64,000 nucleotides of DNA from Raillietiella orientalis. Lineage: Eukaryota. This document shows positions 1-12,404 of the stretch, piece by piece; position 1 is the first letter of the stretch; the number at the start of each line of letters is the position of its first letter. The position numbers were made by a program, and so were the translations under genes. The notes below the pieces were generated by a model that worked only from the letters and a program-made list of their open reading frames with translations, was not told where the DNA came from and searched no databases. The stretch lies in NCBI GenBank assembly GCA_036172245.1, contig JAYWIR010000031.1:2418001-2482000 (forward strand), read 5' to 3'.

Positions 1-348
1 GCGCCTTCGTAAAGGCGCGCGCAGTTCGCCCATCAAAAAGGTTGTCTACCTTGTAGACTAGCGAGGGTTTATACCCCGCTTTCTTGTAGGCTTCCATCTC
101 GGCCATGGCTTTCACGCTAGGCGCGGCCACCATGGCGCTCCATGACCTCGGCGTCGCCGGGGACGATCTCGGGGCGGATGCCCCTGATCCAGTAGGCTGT
201 GGGGACGAACAAGCCTCCCCCACGCCTACTCCCATCGCGGTGTCCTCTGGCAACGCTGCCATCGGACACCGACGATGTGCACGCACAAACCACTTAAGAA
301 AAAACCACTCGCCTTGTTACGCAGGCGGAGCGCAGGAAAAGCACGTCC
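1..348 (-). mobile_element. 5' end of family-A non-LTR retrotransposon (5'UTR plus start of ORF1, ATG at 262), running off the left edge
   Basis: Minus strand starts GGACGTGCTTTTCCTG, then reads MAALPEDTAMGVGVGEACSSPQPTGSGASAP...YKKAGYKPSLVYKV, closely similar to the ORF1 N-terminus at 63945. Confidence 0.85.
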
Positions 349-2670
349 TCTCTGCACAGAGGGGATTTGGAGAAGGGGTCGCCAACAGCAGGACTTTCCT
401 GCAGGCGCGCACCATTTTCAGACGGGCTAATGTCAGTCGGCTTGCGGAATACAAGGCGAGAGCCGAGCGCCAGGTCTGGCAGTCTGACGCATCTTGCTTG
501 CTCGGCGAAAAAGGCCTGGAATGCTCGACACCAGCCGATATTCGACGCATCGTAAGGAGTTATTACTCCTCGCTATACGCGGAAGCACCTACGGAAAATA
601 TCTTTTCGAAGATACTACTTTCCCAGGATGCTCCCGCTGTTCGAGAACAGGAACGCTCACGTCTCTACGAGTCCTTCACTGCGGAGGAAATTTCCTCCGC
701 AATCACGAAGCTCGAGAGACGAAAAGCGCCAGGCGAATATGGGCTGCCCGCGGAGTTTTACCAGTGCTTCGCGGTGGAGTTCGTGTCCTTGGTGCTTCGC
801 CTCTCGTCGCTGACGAGGGTTTCGGGGGATGTCCCCAAATCCTTCCTCTCAGCGAGGGTGCGTCTCCTGCCTAAAGGTGGAGACGCACGCCATCTGAACA
901 ACTGGCGTCCGGTTAAATTGGTGAACTCGGACGTCAAGTTGTTCTCCAAGGTGTGGGTTGCGCGCCTTGGGAGAATCGCGCCGTCCTTGGTGAGCCCGGA
1001 GCAGACTTACGCTGTTCCCAAGAGGTCCATGGACGAGAATCTCCGGTTTGCCCGCACCTGGATCCAGCTGCAGGAGCGGGTAGCGCAGCGAAGCTGATCC
1101 GTGTGCAAGGCCGCTGCCAAAGGCACACAGTATCGACAGAAGCGGCAAGAAGGTACGTTGGGTGCCTTGGCGGTCGCAGTCGACCTCCACAAGGCGTTCG
1201 ATTGCTTGAATCAAGGACTCCTATTGTAGGTCTTGGAACGCATGGGTTACCGGCGCAAGTCATAAAGTACTGGCGCGCATGCTGGCGCCACGCGCTAACT
1301 TGCATTTGTTTCAGCGGCTGCAACGTTTACAGTATTCCCCTGCGCAGGGGCATCAGGCACGGTGACAATTTAAGCCCGTTGCTCTTCAGCATTTTCTTTG
1401 AGTCGGTGCTGAGGGTGTACAGGCTGACGCTGAAATTCTTGCGAAGCTCTTGCCCGGGAACGCCTGCCGTGGCTGTCTATGCAGATGACCTGCTTCTTCT
1501 TCTCCCCATGTCCACCCCGGCGTCCAGTGTCGAAGATTTCTTCAAACTGCTTCAACGGGGAGCAGGCGTGAGCGTGAACCGGAAGAAGAGTGTGGTGGTT
1601 CCTGTAGGTGCGTCGTGGGAGAGGCAGTCCTACTGGATCAGCATAGGGATCCCCACGGCAAGGTACTTTAAGTACCTTGGCGTTCCGTTGGGCGACCTCG
1701 GCGCTACCGAGGCGTGGTGAGACTGCTTTCATTAGGCTGATTTGGCCGCCAGCCAGTTCATTAACGGCAAGTTTACCTTGCCAGAACGGGTGGCTATTGG
1801 GAACACCTTCGTGGTGCGCCTCTTCCGAACCCTCTTTTTTGTGATGGACCCCCCCTACGTGGCCAAAGAGCGTGCAAAACGCCTGCTAAGGAACGCTCTC
1901 TGGGAACCGGCGCGATCCAGGATCCAACTGAAAGACCTCACTGCTCCACGTCGGGATGCTGGGCTTGGTATGCTTACGATGGAGAGAATCGGACTGCAAG
2001 TGCAGTTCCGGATGCTCGCACTGTGTGCCGAGCTATGGACTTCCCCTGCGTGCGCCTACGCGCATCAATACGTAAATTTAATGCTCTCCGATGAACTACA
2101 ACGCCTGGAGGCTGGAAACCACGGATTCTTGGGCTGCATTGTTAGGAATGAGCCGTGAAGTTCTTCGCCCCTTGCGTAGATTCCAACCTTGGTCGCTCCA
2201 AGATGTCATGCAGGACGAGGTGAAGTTTTCATCCTTGGCCGCCACTTCACTCGCCGAAGCACTGTCTGCACTCGAGGTTCGAGATGACAGGAGCCAGCCG
2301 GCAAGGTGGGAGTTCTCCTGCACCTTTTCAGAAAGAACAAAACCATTTGGCGAATGGGCCACGAGGAAGCTCGCGGATGCCGCCACTTCTCGTGCTACAC
2401 CGAAGGGGTTACTTCGGTGGGGAGAAGCTCTTGCTGTTGCCCTCGACTAACTTATAATCTCTACCTGATTTTTGGAAAATTCCGGTGTTTCCCCTTGCAT
2501 CGAAGCAGGATGTCTTGCTTTTCTTGCACTGAGGCTTGCGCTACAAGGAGCGGCGCCACCGAGTTTCCGGTGGGGTGGCTTCTCCCTACTGTGCCCGTTG
2601 CGGGGCGACGGAGTCGTTTCCGCACATTGTTATGGATTGCAATGCCCTCTAGGAACTGTGGCAAAGGCTA
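349..2670 (+). pseudogene. Family-B-like ORF2 fragment (linker, RT, C-terminal region) with frameshifts and stops
   Basis: RGFGEGVANS, KAPGEYG, NWRPVKLVN, YADD (in ORF 953-1720) and YLGVP are collinear with the ORF2 at 55324-58761 but spread over several frames. Confidence 0.9.
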
Positions 2671-5395
2671 GCAGCAGCTCTCCTACCACCGGAGGACGAG
2701 ATCCTCTCGGCCATCGGAAAGCTCAAGAGGCGCAAGGCTCCAGGGGAGGACGGCCTGCCCGCGGAGTTTTACCAAACTTTCGCGGCTGAGCTTACCCCCC
2801 TGGTACAGCAACTCACCTTGCTGATACGCGAAACAGGTGACGTTCCCGCCTCGTTTCGTTCGGCAGAGGTGCGGGTCCTCCCTAAGGAAGGAGATCTGAG
2901 GAGCATGAACAACTGGCGTACCATCACAATAGTGAATGCGGACGCCAAGTTGCTGGCTAAGGTTTGGGCAGAGCGTCTGGAACGGGTAGCGGAATCCGTG
3001 CTCGCAGAACTCGCGGGCTTAAGAAGATGTTGGCAACATCTTCTTAAGCCCGACACAGACTTACGCTGTTCCCGGACGAACCATGGAGGCCAACCTGTTC
3101 CTCGCCAGCACCTTTTGGCAGTTGCAACAACGCGAGGCTCAGCTAGGTCGGGAGAGTCCTGGACTCTTCACTGACCGGAGAGAGGGAAGCCGAGGGGAGG
3201 ATGCGGCGCCCGGAGCCCTTGCGGTCGCAGTCGATATGCGTAAAGCTTTCGATTGCGTCGACCAGGGGCTCCTCCTGGAGCTCCTGGAACGCTTGGGATT
3301 TCCGGCCGTCTTCCTGGCGTACCTGCGCTCTTGCAGGCGCTTCGCGCTAATTAACATCAATTTCAGCGGCCGACACGTGTGCGGCGTGCCGGTTCGTCGC
3401 GGCATCCGGCAGGGTGACAGCCTCAGCCCCCTGCTCTTCAGCATCTATTTTGAGTTGGTGCTGAGAGCATACAGGGAAACTTTGGCAACCCTGCCGAGCT
3501 CGTGTTCCGGCACGCCTGCCGGGTCGGCCTATGTTGAGGACCTTCTGCTCCTGTTTCCCGGGTCCACCCCGGCATTGGCGCTCGAGGATTTCTCCGAGTT
3601 GCTGCACCGCGGGACATGACTCGCGGTAAACAGGACGAAGTTGTCGTTACTTCTCACGGACTCGACGCGGGCCGGACGGTCGGACTGGATCCGCTTGGGG
3701 ATCCCCACGGGTAGGTACATCAAGTACCTTGGCGTTCCGTTGGGGGACTTTTGCGCTGCAGAAGCCTGGTCCGACCGTCTACAAAAGGCGGAGTTGGCGA
3801 TCGGCCCGTTCCGGGAAGGCAAGTTTTACTTGCAGGAACGGACCGCGGTGCGAAACGCTTTTGCGGCCCCCCTCCTCGGCCCCGTGCTTTTTGTATTCCA
3901 TATACCTCCCCAAATTCGACAAAGGACAAGGGGCCTCATTACAAAAGCCCTCTGGGACAATCGGAGGCCCCGCGTCCGTCTTAAAGACTTGTGTGCTCCA
4001 CGCAGGGACGGTGGACTTGTTCTCCTGACGCTGGAACGCATGGAGCGACAGCTTCGATTCCGCAAACTTGCCCTTGTGGCAAAGTACTGGACCGCACCCT
4101 GGTGTGCACCTTCACGACTCCTGGCTCACAGGGCAACCGGCTGCAATGGATTGACCTCAATCCTAGTAGCCAACGACCACAGCCTTAACCACTGTGGCTT
4201 CCAGCTACGGGAATCGGTTGCACTGTTGAGAGACAATATGTGGATCTCCTGCATCCCAGCGGACTGGACTACCTGGCTCCAGGAATCCGTTTCCGCATGG
4301 GCTAAAATCAACGGCTCCAGCGATGAGGACTTCTCCTGCCTCCGTAGAGGCAGGCACGCTGGACAGCCACTGCAGGAGATCGTCAGCAACCCACAGAAGC
4401 TTCTGTGGGCCTCCTTTACCCCCTTGCCCCAGTGCTGTTCTCCCTCAGGGAACTTCGGGACAGCCGCCAGGAGGCATCGTGGGAAGTGTCCTGCCTCATC
4501 GGAGGCAGGAAAAAATTATTGAAGGCGTGGACGTCCCGGGAACTAGCGGACGCTAGTACCCCGAGTGTCCCGCCGAACGGACTTTCACACAGGGGCGCGC
4601 TGCTCGAAGTACCTCCGGAGGAGGTGAAGTGGCCCCCAGCGTCATGGGACAACGGCACCCTTCCCCTGCAGTGGCAGGAGACGGCGTTGCTTCTGCTCCA
4701 GTGGGAACTTTTAAGCAGAGCTCGGCTTTCTCACTTGACATCGGGGAGTGTGGATGCTAGTTGTGCAGAGTGCGGGGAAAGAGAAACCTTCCTCCACTTA
4801 ATCATAGAATGCGTTGCCCTCCGCGAGATGTGGAACCGACTCTCGTCGATCCTAAACATTCCGGTGGGCGACCCAAAACATCTATTCAGACGCCTCCTGA
4901 CGCGAGACGGCTTGCCAGCCTCCGGGTGCGTAGCAGTGCTCTGCTGCATACGCGGTATCCTGGATAAGTGGACCGCGTCAAGGAGAGGAAGAACCAGTCG
5001 GAGTGCCATCCACTGGGCAGCGATCTCTTTGGAGAAAGCCTGCCGTTGGCGCCGACTTGGTAAACATTTAGCGGCACTTGTTCGCATCCGAAACGGGATG
5101 CAAAGGCCTCCTCACGGCTCACCGTGATCCCCTCCCTCCCTCCCCAATCCCAAAAAACCTTGCCCTCCATAAGTTATTCTTTTTTTTGTTTTCTATTTAT
5201 TTTTCCCGCCCCTGCGCCAGTGTGAATGACCTTATCGGCCTCAGGATCGGTAAGGACAAGTGCCACTGAACTTCCATGAACGTATAGACGTCCTGAAAAC
5301 AAAAAACATTTTAAAAAAACTAGACTTTATTATGGAATTTTTGTTATTGTAAAAATTTTAGTAATAAAAGCCCCGGCTCCCCCGGGTGAAAAACC
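2671..5395 (+). mobile_element. 5'-truncated family-C element: RT, C-terminal Cys motif (stop at 5127) and complete 3'UTR
   Basis: NWRTITIVNADAK, DMRKAFDCVD, GIRQGDSLSP, YLGVP, CAECGERETFLHLIIEC. The pyrimidine-rich 3'UTR ends AATAAAAGCCCCGGCTCCCCCGGGTGAAAAACC. Confidence 0.9.
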
Positions 5396-5401
5396 TGCGA
5401 C

Positions 5402-5984
5402 GGGAGACGTGAGTCTCACGTCTCCCCAGCCCATGGCGGTGGGGTTGTGCCCCACCACAAAATCAGCCCCCGCCACCCCGGCGACGGCGTGGAACAAGGT
5501 GGCCGCGGCGGCTCCGCCGGACGTGGCTGCAGAATTGCAAGCCTACATAAAAAAGGGCTACAACCCATCCCTCCCTTATAGGGTAGGAAACTTATATTCT
5601 CCGCATACAACGCGGAAATTTGGTAATGCCATCCGTAAGATGGGAATTTCTGACGACGACATTCTTTGCTTCTTGGTTCGGAGCGGCGGGCAGTTCGCGG
5701 AGCTGATCTGCCGAGATGCAGCGCTCACGCACAAACTGCTCTGCACGCCCGTTCCGTTCGAAGGGCGGAATTTCCTCCCACACACGGTGGATCACTCTAT
5801 GGTGCTCCACCTCACTGGTACAACGGTGCGGATGACCGATGAAGCCATCCGCACCGAAGTTAACAAGTTCGCAGAGATTTACGCGATGTGGAGGAAGCCC
5901 AACGCCTTCACATATCGAGGCTCATTCAGTGGGCGACTTGCCGCTCGCGTAAATTTCCGCGATAATGTCGAAATTCCCCACAAG
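5402..5984 (+). pseudogene. ORF1 (gag-like) N-terminal fragment
   Basis: WNKVAAA..AELQAYIKKGYNPSLPYRVGNLYS...RSGGQFAELIC...LHLTG matches the other ORF1 copies (9817-10290, 11539-11859, 18203-18499, 63730-63945). Confidence 0.8.
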
Positions 5985-6085
5985 GCATCGCTGCCATCGG
6001 ACACCAACGATGTTCCACACCAAAAACAGCACAAGAAAAAACCGCTTCCTCTCGACTCACTGAAGAGCGCAGGAAAAACACGTCT
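5985..6085 (-). mobile_element. Isolated ~100-nt 5' terminus of a family-A element (5'UTR plus first codons, ATG at 5997)
   Basis: Minus strand GACGTGTTTTTCCTGCGCTC...CATCGTTGGTGTCCGATGGCAGCG matches the 5' end at 348-262. Confidence 0.8.
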
Positions 6086-9028
6086 ACTCGCCAAGGGATT
6101 TGGCTAAGGGGCTCGCAACGAACGCGCGTATTTGCACGCGCGTCGTCACGAGAGGAACCCCAATGTCCATCGCCTGGCCGAATACCGGGCCGTAGCCGAG
6201 CGACAAGCCTGGCAATTCGGGTCAGCCAGCATGCTGGATGACTTGGGCCGGGAACTTTCGTCCCCGACTGCGGAACGGAATCTCGTGCGGTGTTTTTATT
6301 CCTCTCATTACGCCAAAACACCACCCGAACAAGACGCCTCGCGGCGATTGCTCATGAGTGGTTCCGTGGCGATAGGGGAGGAGGAGAGAGAAAGTGTCGA
6401 TGAGCCTTTCACGACCGGTGAAATTCTCGCCGGTATCAAAAGGCTTAAGAGGGGTAAGGCGCCAGGGGAGGACGGCTTGCCCGCGGAGTTCTTTCAGAGT
6501 TTCGCGAAAGAGCTGGCCCCCCTGGTGCTCGAGTTGACAAGGCGAATCCGAGACGAAGGCGATGTTCCCGCCTCGTTTCGGTCAACCAGGGTGAGGCTCC
6601 TCCCGAAGGGAAGAGACCTCAGGAAACTTTGCAACTGGCGTCCCATCACGATTGTGAACACGGACGCCAAGTTGACTGCCGGGCTGTGGGCGTCGCGATT
6701 GGGGCAGGTGTCGAATTCCATAATTAGCCCGGAGCAGACATACGCTGTTCCCGGGCGAAGTATGGAGGACAACCTCTTCTTCGCGAGCACATGGATGCAC
6801 GCGCAGCGGAGTAAGAAAGAAGGGAAAGGGAAAATTTGCAACCCTCCTTTTGGGCCGCCAGTGAGACAGGGTAGGGACCCTCATGCGGGAAAGGGGGCCT
6901 TAGCGATCGCAGTCGACCTCCATAGGGCATTCGACTGTGTTGACCAGGAACTCCTCTTTTAGCTCCTGGGTCGCATAGGCTTCCCACCCTCCTTGATTAC
7001 CTTCCTGCGCTCTTGCTGGCGGAACGAGATAATCTCGATTACTTCCAGTGGTCAAAAGGTGTATGGCGTGCCGGTGCGGCGGGGCATAAGGGAGGGCGAC
7101 AGCCTCAGCCCCCTGCTCTTTAGCACCTACGCTGAGTTGATGCTGAGAGCGTACAGGGTGACTTTGGCCCCCTTGCCGAGCTCGTGCCCCGGGACGCCAT
7201 CCGTAGCGGCGTATGGCGACGATCTTCTGCTCCTCTTACCTATGTCCACCCCGGGGAAGGCGGTCGGAGATTTCTTCGACCTGCTTAGCCGTGGGGCCGG
7301 ATTACAGGTTAACAGGGCGAAGTCGTCGGTGGTGCCAGTTGGAGCGGCGTAAGTAGGGCAGCAGGACTGGGTCCGTCTAATGATCCCCACGGTGAGGTGC
7401 ATCAAGTACTCTGGTGTGCCGTTGGGGGACTTCTCCCCTGCGGAAGCGTGGTCCAGCTGCCTCCAAAAAGTCAAGACGACGATCGGCCCGTTCCTGGAAG
7501 GCAAGTTTCACTTGCCTGAACGGGCCGCGGTTTGGAACGCCTTCGCGGCCCCCATCCTTCGCCCCTTGCTTTTTGTTTGCCCCGCCCCCGTGGAATCTAA
7601 AAAGAGGACGAAGGACCTCCTCCACATAGCCCTTTGGGGCAAGGGGAGGCCCCGAGTCCCTTTGAGGGACTTGTGCGCTCCGCGTCGGGACGGCGGTCTC
7701 AGCATCCTGACGCTGGAACGCGTGGAAATCCAGCTGCGATGGCGAACCCTCGCCATCGTAGCGAAGATGTGGAGCACCGCTTGGTGCATTCCGGCCCGCC
7801 TCCTGGCTAGGCGTGTGTCCCGCTGCGAAGGACTCGCATCGTTTCTTCTGTGTCCTGGCCGGAAGATTCGAAGATGCGGTCTACTGCTCGGCCGCATGGG
7901 AATCCTGGCAAAGGAGAACGACTGGATGGCCCCGCCAACTCCTCCGCTTGGCTGGAGGAGACTGCTGGCACCTGGTCCAAGCAGAACCAGAGATGCGAAG
8001 ACCGGATGAACTGTCTGCGAGTCGGCTTTTACGCCCTCCGAACTCTCCGTGAAATTCTTGAATTTCCACCGAGTTGCACGTGGGCGGAAGGCACACCCCT
8101 TGTTACTGCGATGCCCTTCCTCCAAAGGGCGCTTCACGAAAGCCGGAAGCCGAGGTGGCAAGTCTGCTGCGGTATCGCAGGCAGAGAGAAGATGATGAGC
8201 GGCTGGACCATGGGAGAGTTGACAGATGCAATGACCCCTAGTCTCCAGCCGCGTGGATTAAGAAAATGGGCGAGCTGCTCGGCATTCGATTGGATGACCT
8301 GAAGTGGCCCCCGGTTCTACTTGGATCCAAAATTCTTACCCTGAAGTGGAAAGAATCGGCGCTTCTGTGGCTGCATTGGGGTCTACCCTGCAACGCGCGC
8401 CGCTTCCACTGGACGCGGGGAAGAGTAAATCCAGTGTGTGCCAGGTGTGGGGAGCAGAGTCGCTCCCCCACCTCTTAGTTGAATGCCCTGCCGTCCGGAT
8501 TCTTTAAGATCGTCTTGAAACGGCCCTTGGGATACCGGATGGTGGCACCGTTGGATGTGTTTACAGTCTTGTCTTCGTGCGGGACGCCCTCAGTCCAGCC
8601 GCAGCCCTGGCAGCACTTTGCGGCATTCGTGGTATCGTGGCGGCCTGGAGTTATGCCGAAGATAAAGATTGCATCGTGAGGGACGTCATCGAGTATGCTT
8701 CTCGCTTCCTGCAGAGAGCTACCCGATGGCTCCATCTAGGAAAATTGAAAATGGAACTAGAAGGCATCCTGTAAAGGATGGGCCCTCCCAGCAGTTTTGT
8801 GTGATCCCTTTCCAGCCCTCCAAACTCCTTTTGTTGTTTGTTTTTCTCTTTTTATTTTTTTTTTGTTTTCTCCCCCATCCCCCTCCACTGCCGAGGAGAG
8901 CCACACCGGGCTGCGTCTTGGTGTCCCGGCAGTTCCGGTATTGCGTGGCTGTCAGTGGGGCCTTGTACCACGTTCTGTATTGACTGTTGAAATGTTTTTA
9001 ATAAACGTCCCGGCGTATCCGGGTGGCA
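6086..9028 (+). mobile_element. Family-A ORF2 (linker, RT, C-terminal region; interrupted) with complete 3'UTR
   Basis: KAPGEDGLP, NWRPITIVNTDAK, DLHRAFDCVD, YGDD, CARCGE. Collinear with 60720-62246 and 59950-60751; ends AATAAACGTCCCGGCGTATCCGGGTGGCA. Confidence 0.9.
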
Positions 9029-9641
9029 TCGCCGAATCCTGGAGGAAGTTGATGGAGGGGAAACTGGTCGCAGAACTCTCGGACTGAGAGTTTTATTTTG
9101 TCCCAGTCAGCGAGATTCTGCAGTTCGCAACCACGCAGGAATGCACGCAGATGTTCGCGCGCTCCTGCGAGTCGCAACCAGTCTCCTGGCAGGCGCCACG
9201 CTTCGGAGGGTGGACCTCTGTCGCGCGGATGGATGGTGAACACTAGCCGAGGGTGATCGAACAGCTCCGACGCAAGTGCGCCTCGAGTCCACACCCGCGT
9301 GCACAGGTGGTTATCGAGGAACACGTGGTCGATTCTGCGTCTCACGTCGGCTTCATCTGCCAACAAGTTCGCGCTTGCATCGACGCACTCGACTCGTTGA
9401 CCAGTTGTGCCCTTATGTCGGGCGCTTCCGACAGCAGGCGGACGTTGAAGTCTCCCGCTATCATATGCGCCCGCCGCACGCCTGCTACGGCCAAGTCTCG
9501 CCGCAGGGCTTCGAAGAACGCAGTACGTTCCACGCGCCTGTGGCTGCTGCTGGGCGGGTGCACGTTCTTGACCACGAGGTCGATCGAGTCCGACCACTTG
9601 AGGACAAGTTGCCCAACTCGACCTTCCTAGTCAAAGTGCAC
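9029..9641 (-). pseudogene. AP-endonuclease domain fragment of ORF2
   Basis: KNVHPPS, IAGDFN, RIDHVFLD, LFDH, WRLPGDW, WDKIK and LPPGFG over two frames. Confidence 0.9.
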
Positions 9642-10290
9642 GGACGTGTTTTTCCTGCACTCCTACCGCTTCAGTCTGGGAAGTCTTCTTTATTTCTTTT
9701 CGTTTGATAGAGTGTGTGGCGCATCGTCGGTGTCCCATGAAAGAAATGCCAGCGGACACCGCGATGGAGATTGGAGTAGGAGAGGCTAGTTCCTCTCCCC
9801 AACCCATGGTGGTGGGGTGATTGCCCCCACGGAGGCGAGGGCATCGATTCCCTTGAAAAAGGGTGCAAGCGTGCCCTCGGAGTCATCCTCGCCAACGACT
9901 AGGACTTGGAGCGCCGTGGCTGCAGCACCATCCGCTGATGCCATGGCCGAACAAACAGCCTATAAAGAACAAGGGTACAAGCCGTCCCTCATCTATAAGG
10001 TAGGCAATATCTTTGTTGGAAATACCACTCGCAACTTTGAGAGGGAGTTGCAGCGGCTCAATGTTAAAGAAGAGTTGGAGGTCTTTCAGTGTTAAGCGGT
10101 GGTCAGCGGGTGAAGCTGACTTGTAAGGATGCAAGCATGGCTCAACGCCTGCTGAACACCCCCATTACGCTGGAAGGCAGAAAGCTCTTCCCTGTAACTG
10201 AGGACCGCTCGGTAGGGGCGCACCTCACGGGAGTTACCCTCCGCATGTCGACGAAGAGCGTGCAGGAGGAACTCAGCAAGTTCGGCACGT
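9642..10290 (+). mobile_element. 5' terminus plus ORF1 N-terminal fragment (family-A-like)
   Basis: Starts GGACGTGTTTTTCCTGC; CATCGTCGGTGTCCCATG at 9737; WSAVAAAPSA..YKEQGYKPSLIYKVGN. Confidence 0.85.
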
Positions 10291-12007
10291 GGCGCCCATC
10301 CTTCGCCTCTTTTGAGGCGGGTGAGATGACCATCAGGATTTCAGCCTCCTCAGGCACCTCATGTTCCTTTTCGGCGTCCATCCCCTTCATCTCCTCCGTG
10401 TCCGTGCGTGATGATTTCTCGGCTGACGATTCCTGGGATTCTCCCACGCTCATGCCACCCTCGTTCTCGGAAGTCATCTCCACTCCTTCGACGTAAATTA
10501 GGGTCTTCCTGGGTTTGCTGGAATATAGTCCAGCCTTCCGTCGGGCTGCCGCGGAGATGGAAGCTGCGCTTCAGGCCTGCACCTCGGGGTTGGATGTTAC
10601 CGACTCCTCGGTGGAGGCCGGACGCCTAACGGCTTTTTTGCCAGCCTTGGAGGGGTATGGATGTAACGATGCAGCCAGCTCCTCTGCCCCACGCTCTTAG
10701 GCGCCGTCAAGGATCACGGTCTCGATGATGGACGCTTCCGCCAGTTCGCTCCCCAGGCTGTTGACATTTTCAACAGTGAATTGCTTGTCGGTAGCAGCGA
10801 GTTCTACCTTGAGGCGTTCGCGAACGGCGCTAACGCGTTTGACGATGACTCTTCATCCTTTTAAATTCTCGCTACCCTCCTGTTTTTTATTTTGGTATTT
10901 GAGCTTTTTTTCGAGTCGGCGTTCTTTTTTCGACTTTTTTTTTTCCACTGTTGCTGCCTGCCATTCAGGCTCTTGGCCACTTCTCTCAATCCTTTCGGCG
11001 TTTGTTGACGGGGTCTTGGCTGAGGCCTCAAACGTGGGTGTGGGTGGCAGAGCTTGAGCGGCAGCTTTCGCCGCCAGCCTTTTTTGCAGTAGCCGGGCGC
11101 GTTTTTTTTGGTTCCTCGCGGAAACCACGCTCTTGTAAACACCTTCCTCGCGTGGTCCATTGTCCCGCATACCTTGCACTGTACGTTGGGTTACCTTTTT
11201 CTGAGGTGTTCCGACGTGTTGCAGAAGCTACAGAATTTGGGCTTCCCCCTCTAACAGAATTCGACGCCTCCGCCACCGACCACCAGTTTGTGGGAAATGG
11301 TAGAGCCCTCGCGGACGGTCACTCGTGCAGCCGTGAGGCCGCATTGAACTTTAGTGTAGTCCTCGAAAGGACTAGGCTTAGTCCACACTGCATGGACCGT
11401 GCCTTGTCCCAACGCGGCGCGTACTTGATCTTTCCGCATCCGAGCGGCCACTCCTAGAAGGCAAACCAACATACTGTGGTCCGCCGTAATGGGAAGGAGC
11501 CTGCGTGTTCCCATCACCACGGGGGTTTTGAGCAGACGTTAGGCCAGTTCTGCGTGTTTGCAGATCACCTGAACGTACTGCCCCCAGCTACGGATGTTCA
11601 TAGCGCAGAGCTCCTCTTCTTCAACATCGAGAGCGCGTATCCCCTTTGAAAAGGCGTGCGCACTGTCAGAACTATATAGATTGCCTACCTTGTAGAACAG
11701 CGAGGCGTAATACCCCTCTTCCACGTAGGCAGATAATTCCGCCGCGGCTGCAGGCGATGGCGCAGACACGACGTCGCTGCAGCGGGGACCGATTCTGTAG
11801 AAGCGGATGCCCCCACCTCCTTCGCCACTGAGAACGACGTTGTTGCCGCCATTTGGCACTCTTTCTTCTCAGGAGGCGACGTTGCCGCCGCCCCCTGACA
11901 CGCACTGTTGGTCGTGTCAGGGAGCGCTGCCTGATCGACCACCGCCACACACGAAGCCTATACCTAGGGACGATTCCTGGCACGAGGTGCACCGAGGAAA
12001 CACGTCC
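10290..12007 (-). mobile_element. 5' terminus plus degenerate ORF1 with two decayed zinc knuckles and a low-complexity C-terminal part
   Basis: GGACGTGTTTCCTC at 12007; AELSAYVEEGYYASLFYKVGNLYS; CSFCNTSEHLRKR*PNVQCKVCGTMDH at about 11140-11235. The acidic tail resembles 53660-54030. Confidence 0.8.
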
Positions 12008-12075
12008 GTCCTAACGGGCGTAAAGCATTCGGCTTCGTCGACCAGGATTTCCTTCTGGAGCTCCTGGACCGCATA

Positions 12076-12400
12076 AGTTTTTAAGTGGATACCGATTGCC
12101 GCGGCGAAGTGGTTCCAAAGGGAACGAAGAGCAGCGCAATCCATAAGGAGGTGGGGGAGAAACTCCCTTTCCACACACCTCACACAATTTGGGTTCATTG
12201 CTATCTAGGTCCAATAGTGCCGGTGGGCGTTGCAATGGAGTCCTCAATGCAGGAACTGTAACCTTGACTCCTGCCACCTTAAGGGGAGGTTGGACGTGTT
12301 CATCAGCACCGGTGGCCACCTAAGTTGTTCTTAACGAACCTCCAGCCTCTCGCCCAAGCGTGAAAGTCCAATAGGGGTGGTAATCTGGGACGCAGTATCT
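12076..12400 (-). pseudogene. ORF2 C-terminal Cys-motif fragment
   Basis: WPPVLMN...GLHCNAHRHYW..NPNCVRCVEREFLPHLLMDC. Confidence 0.8.
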
Positions 12401-12404
12401 CATC

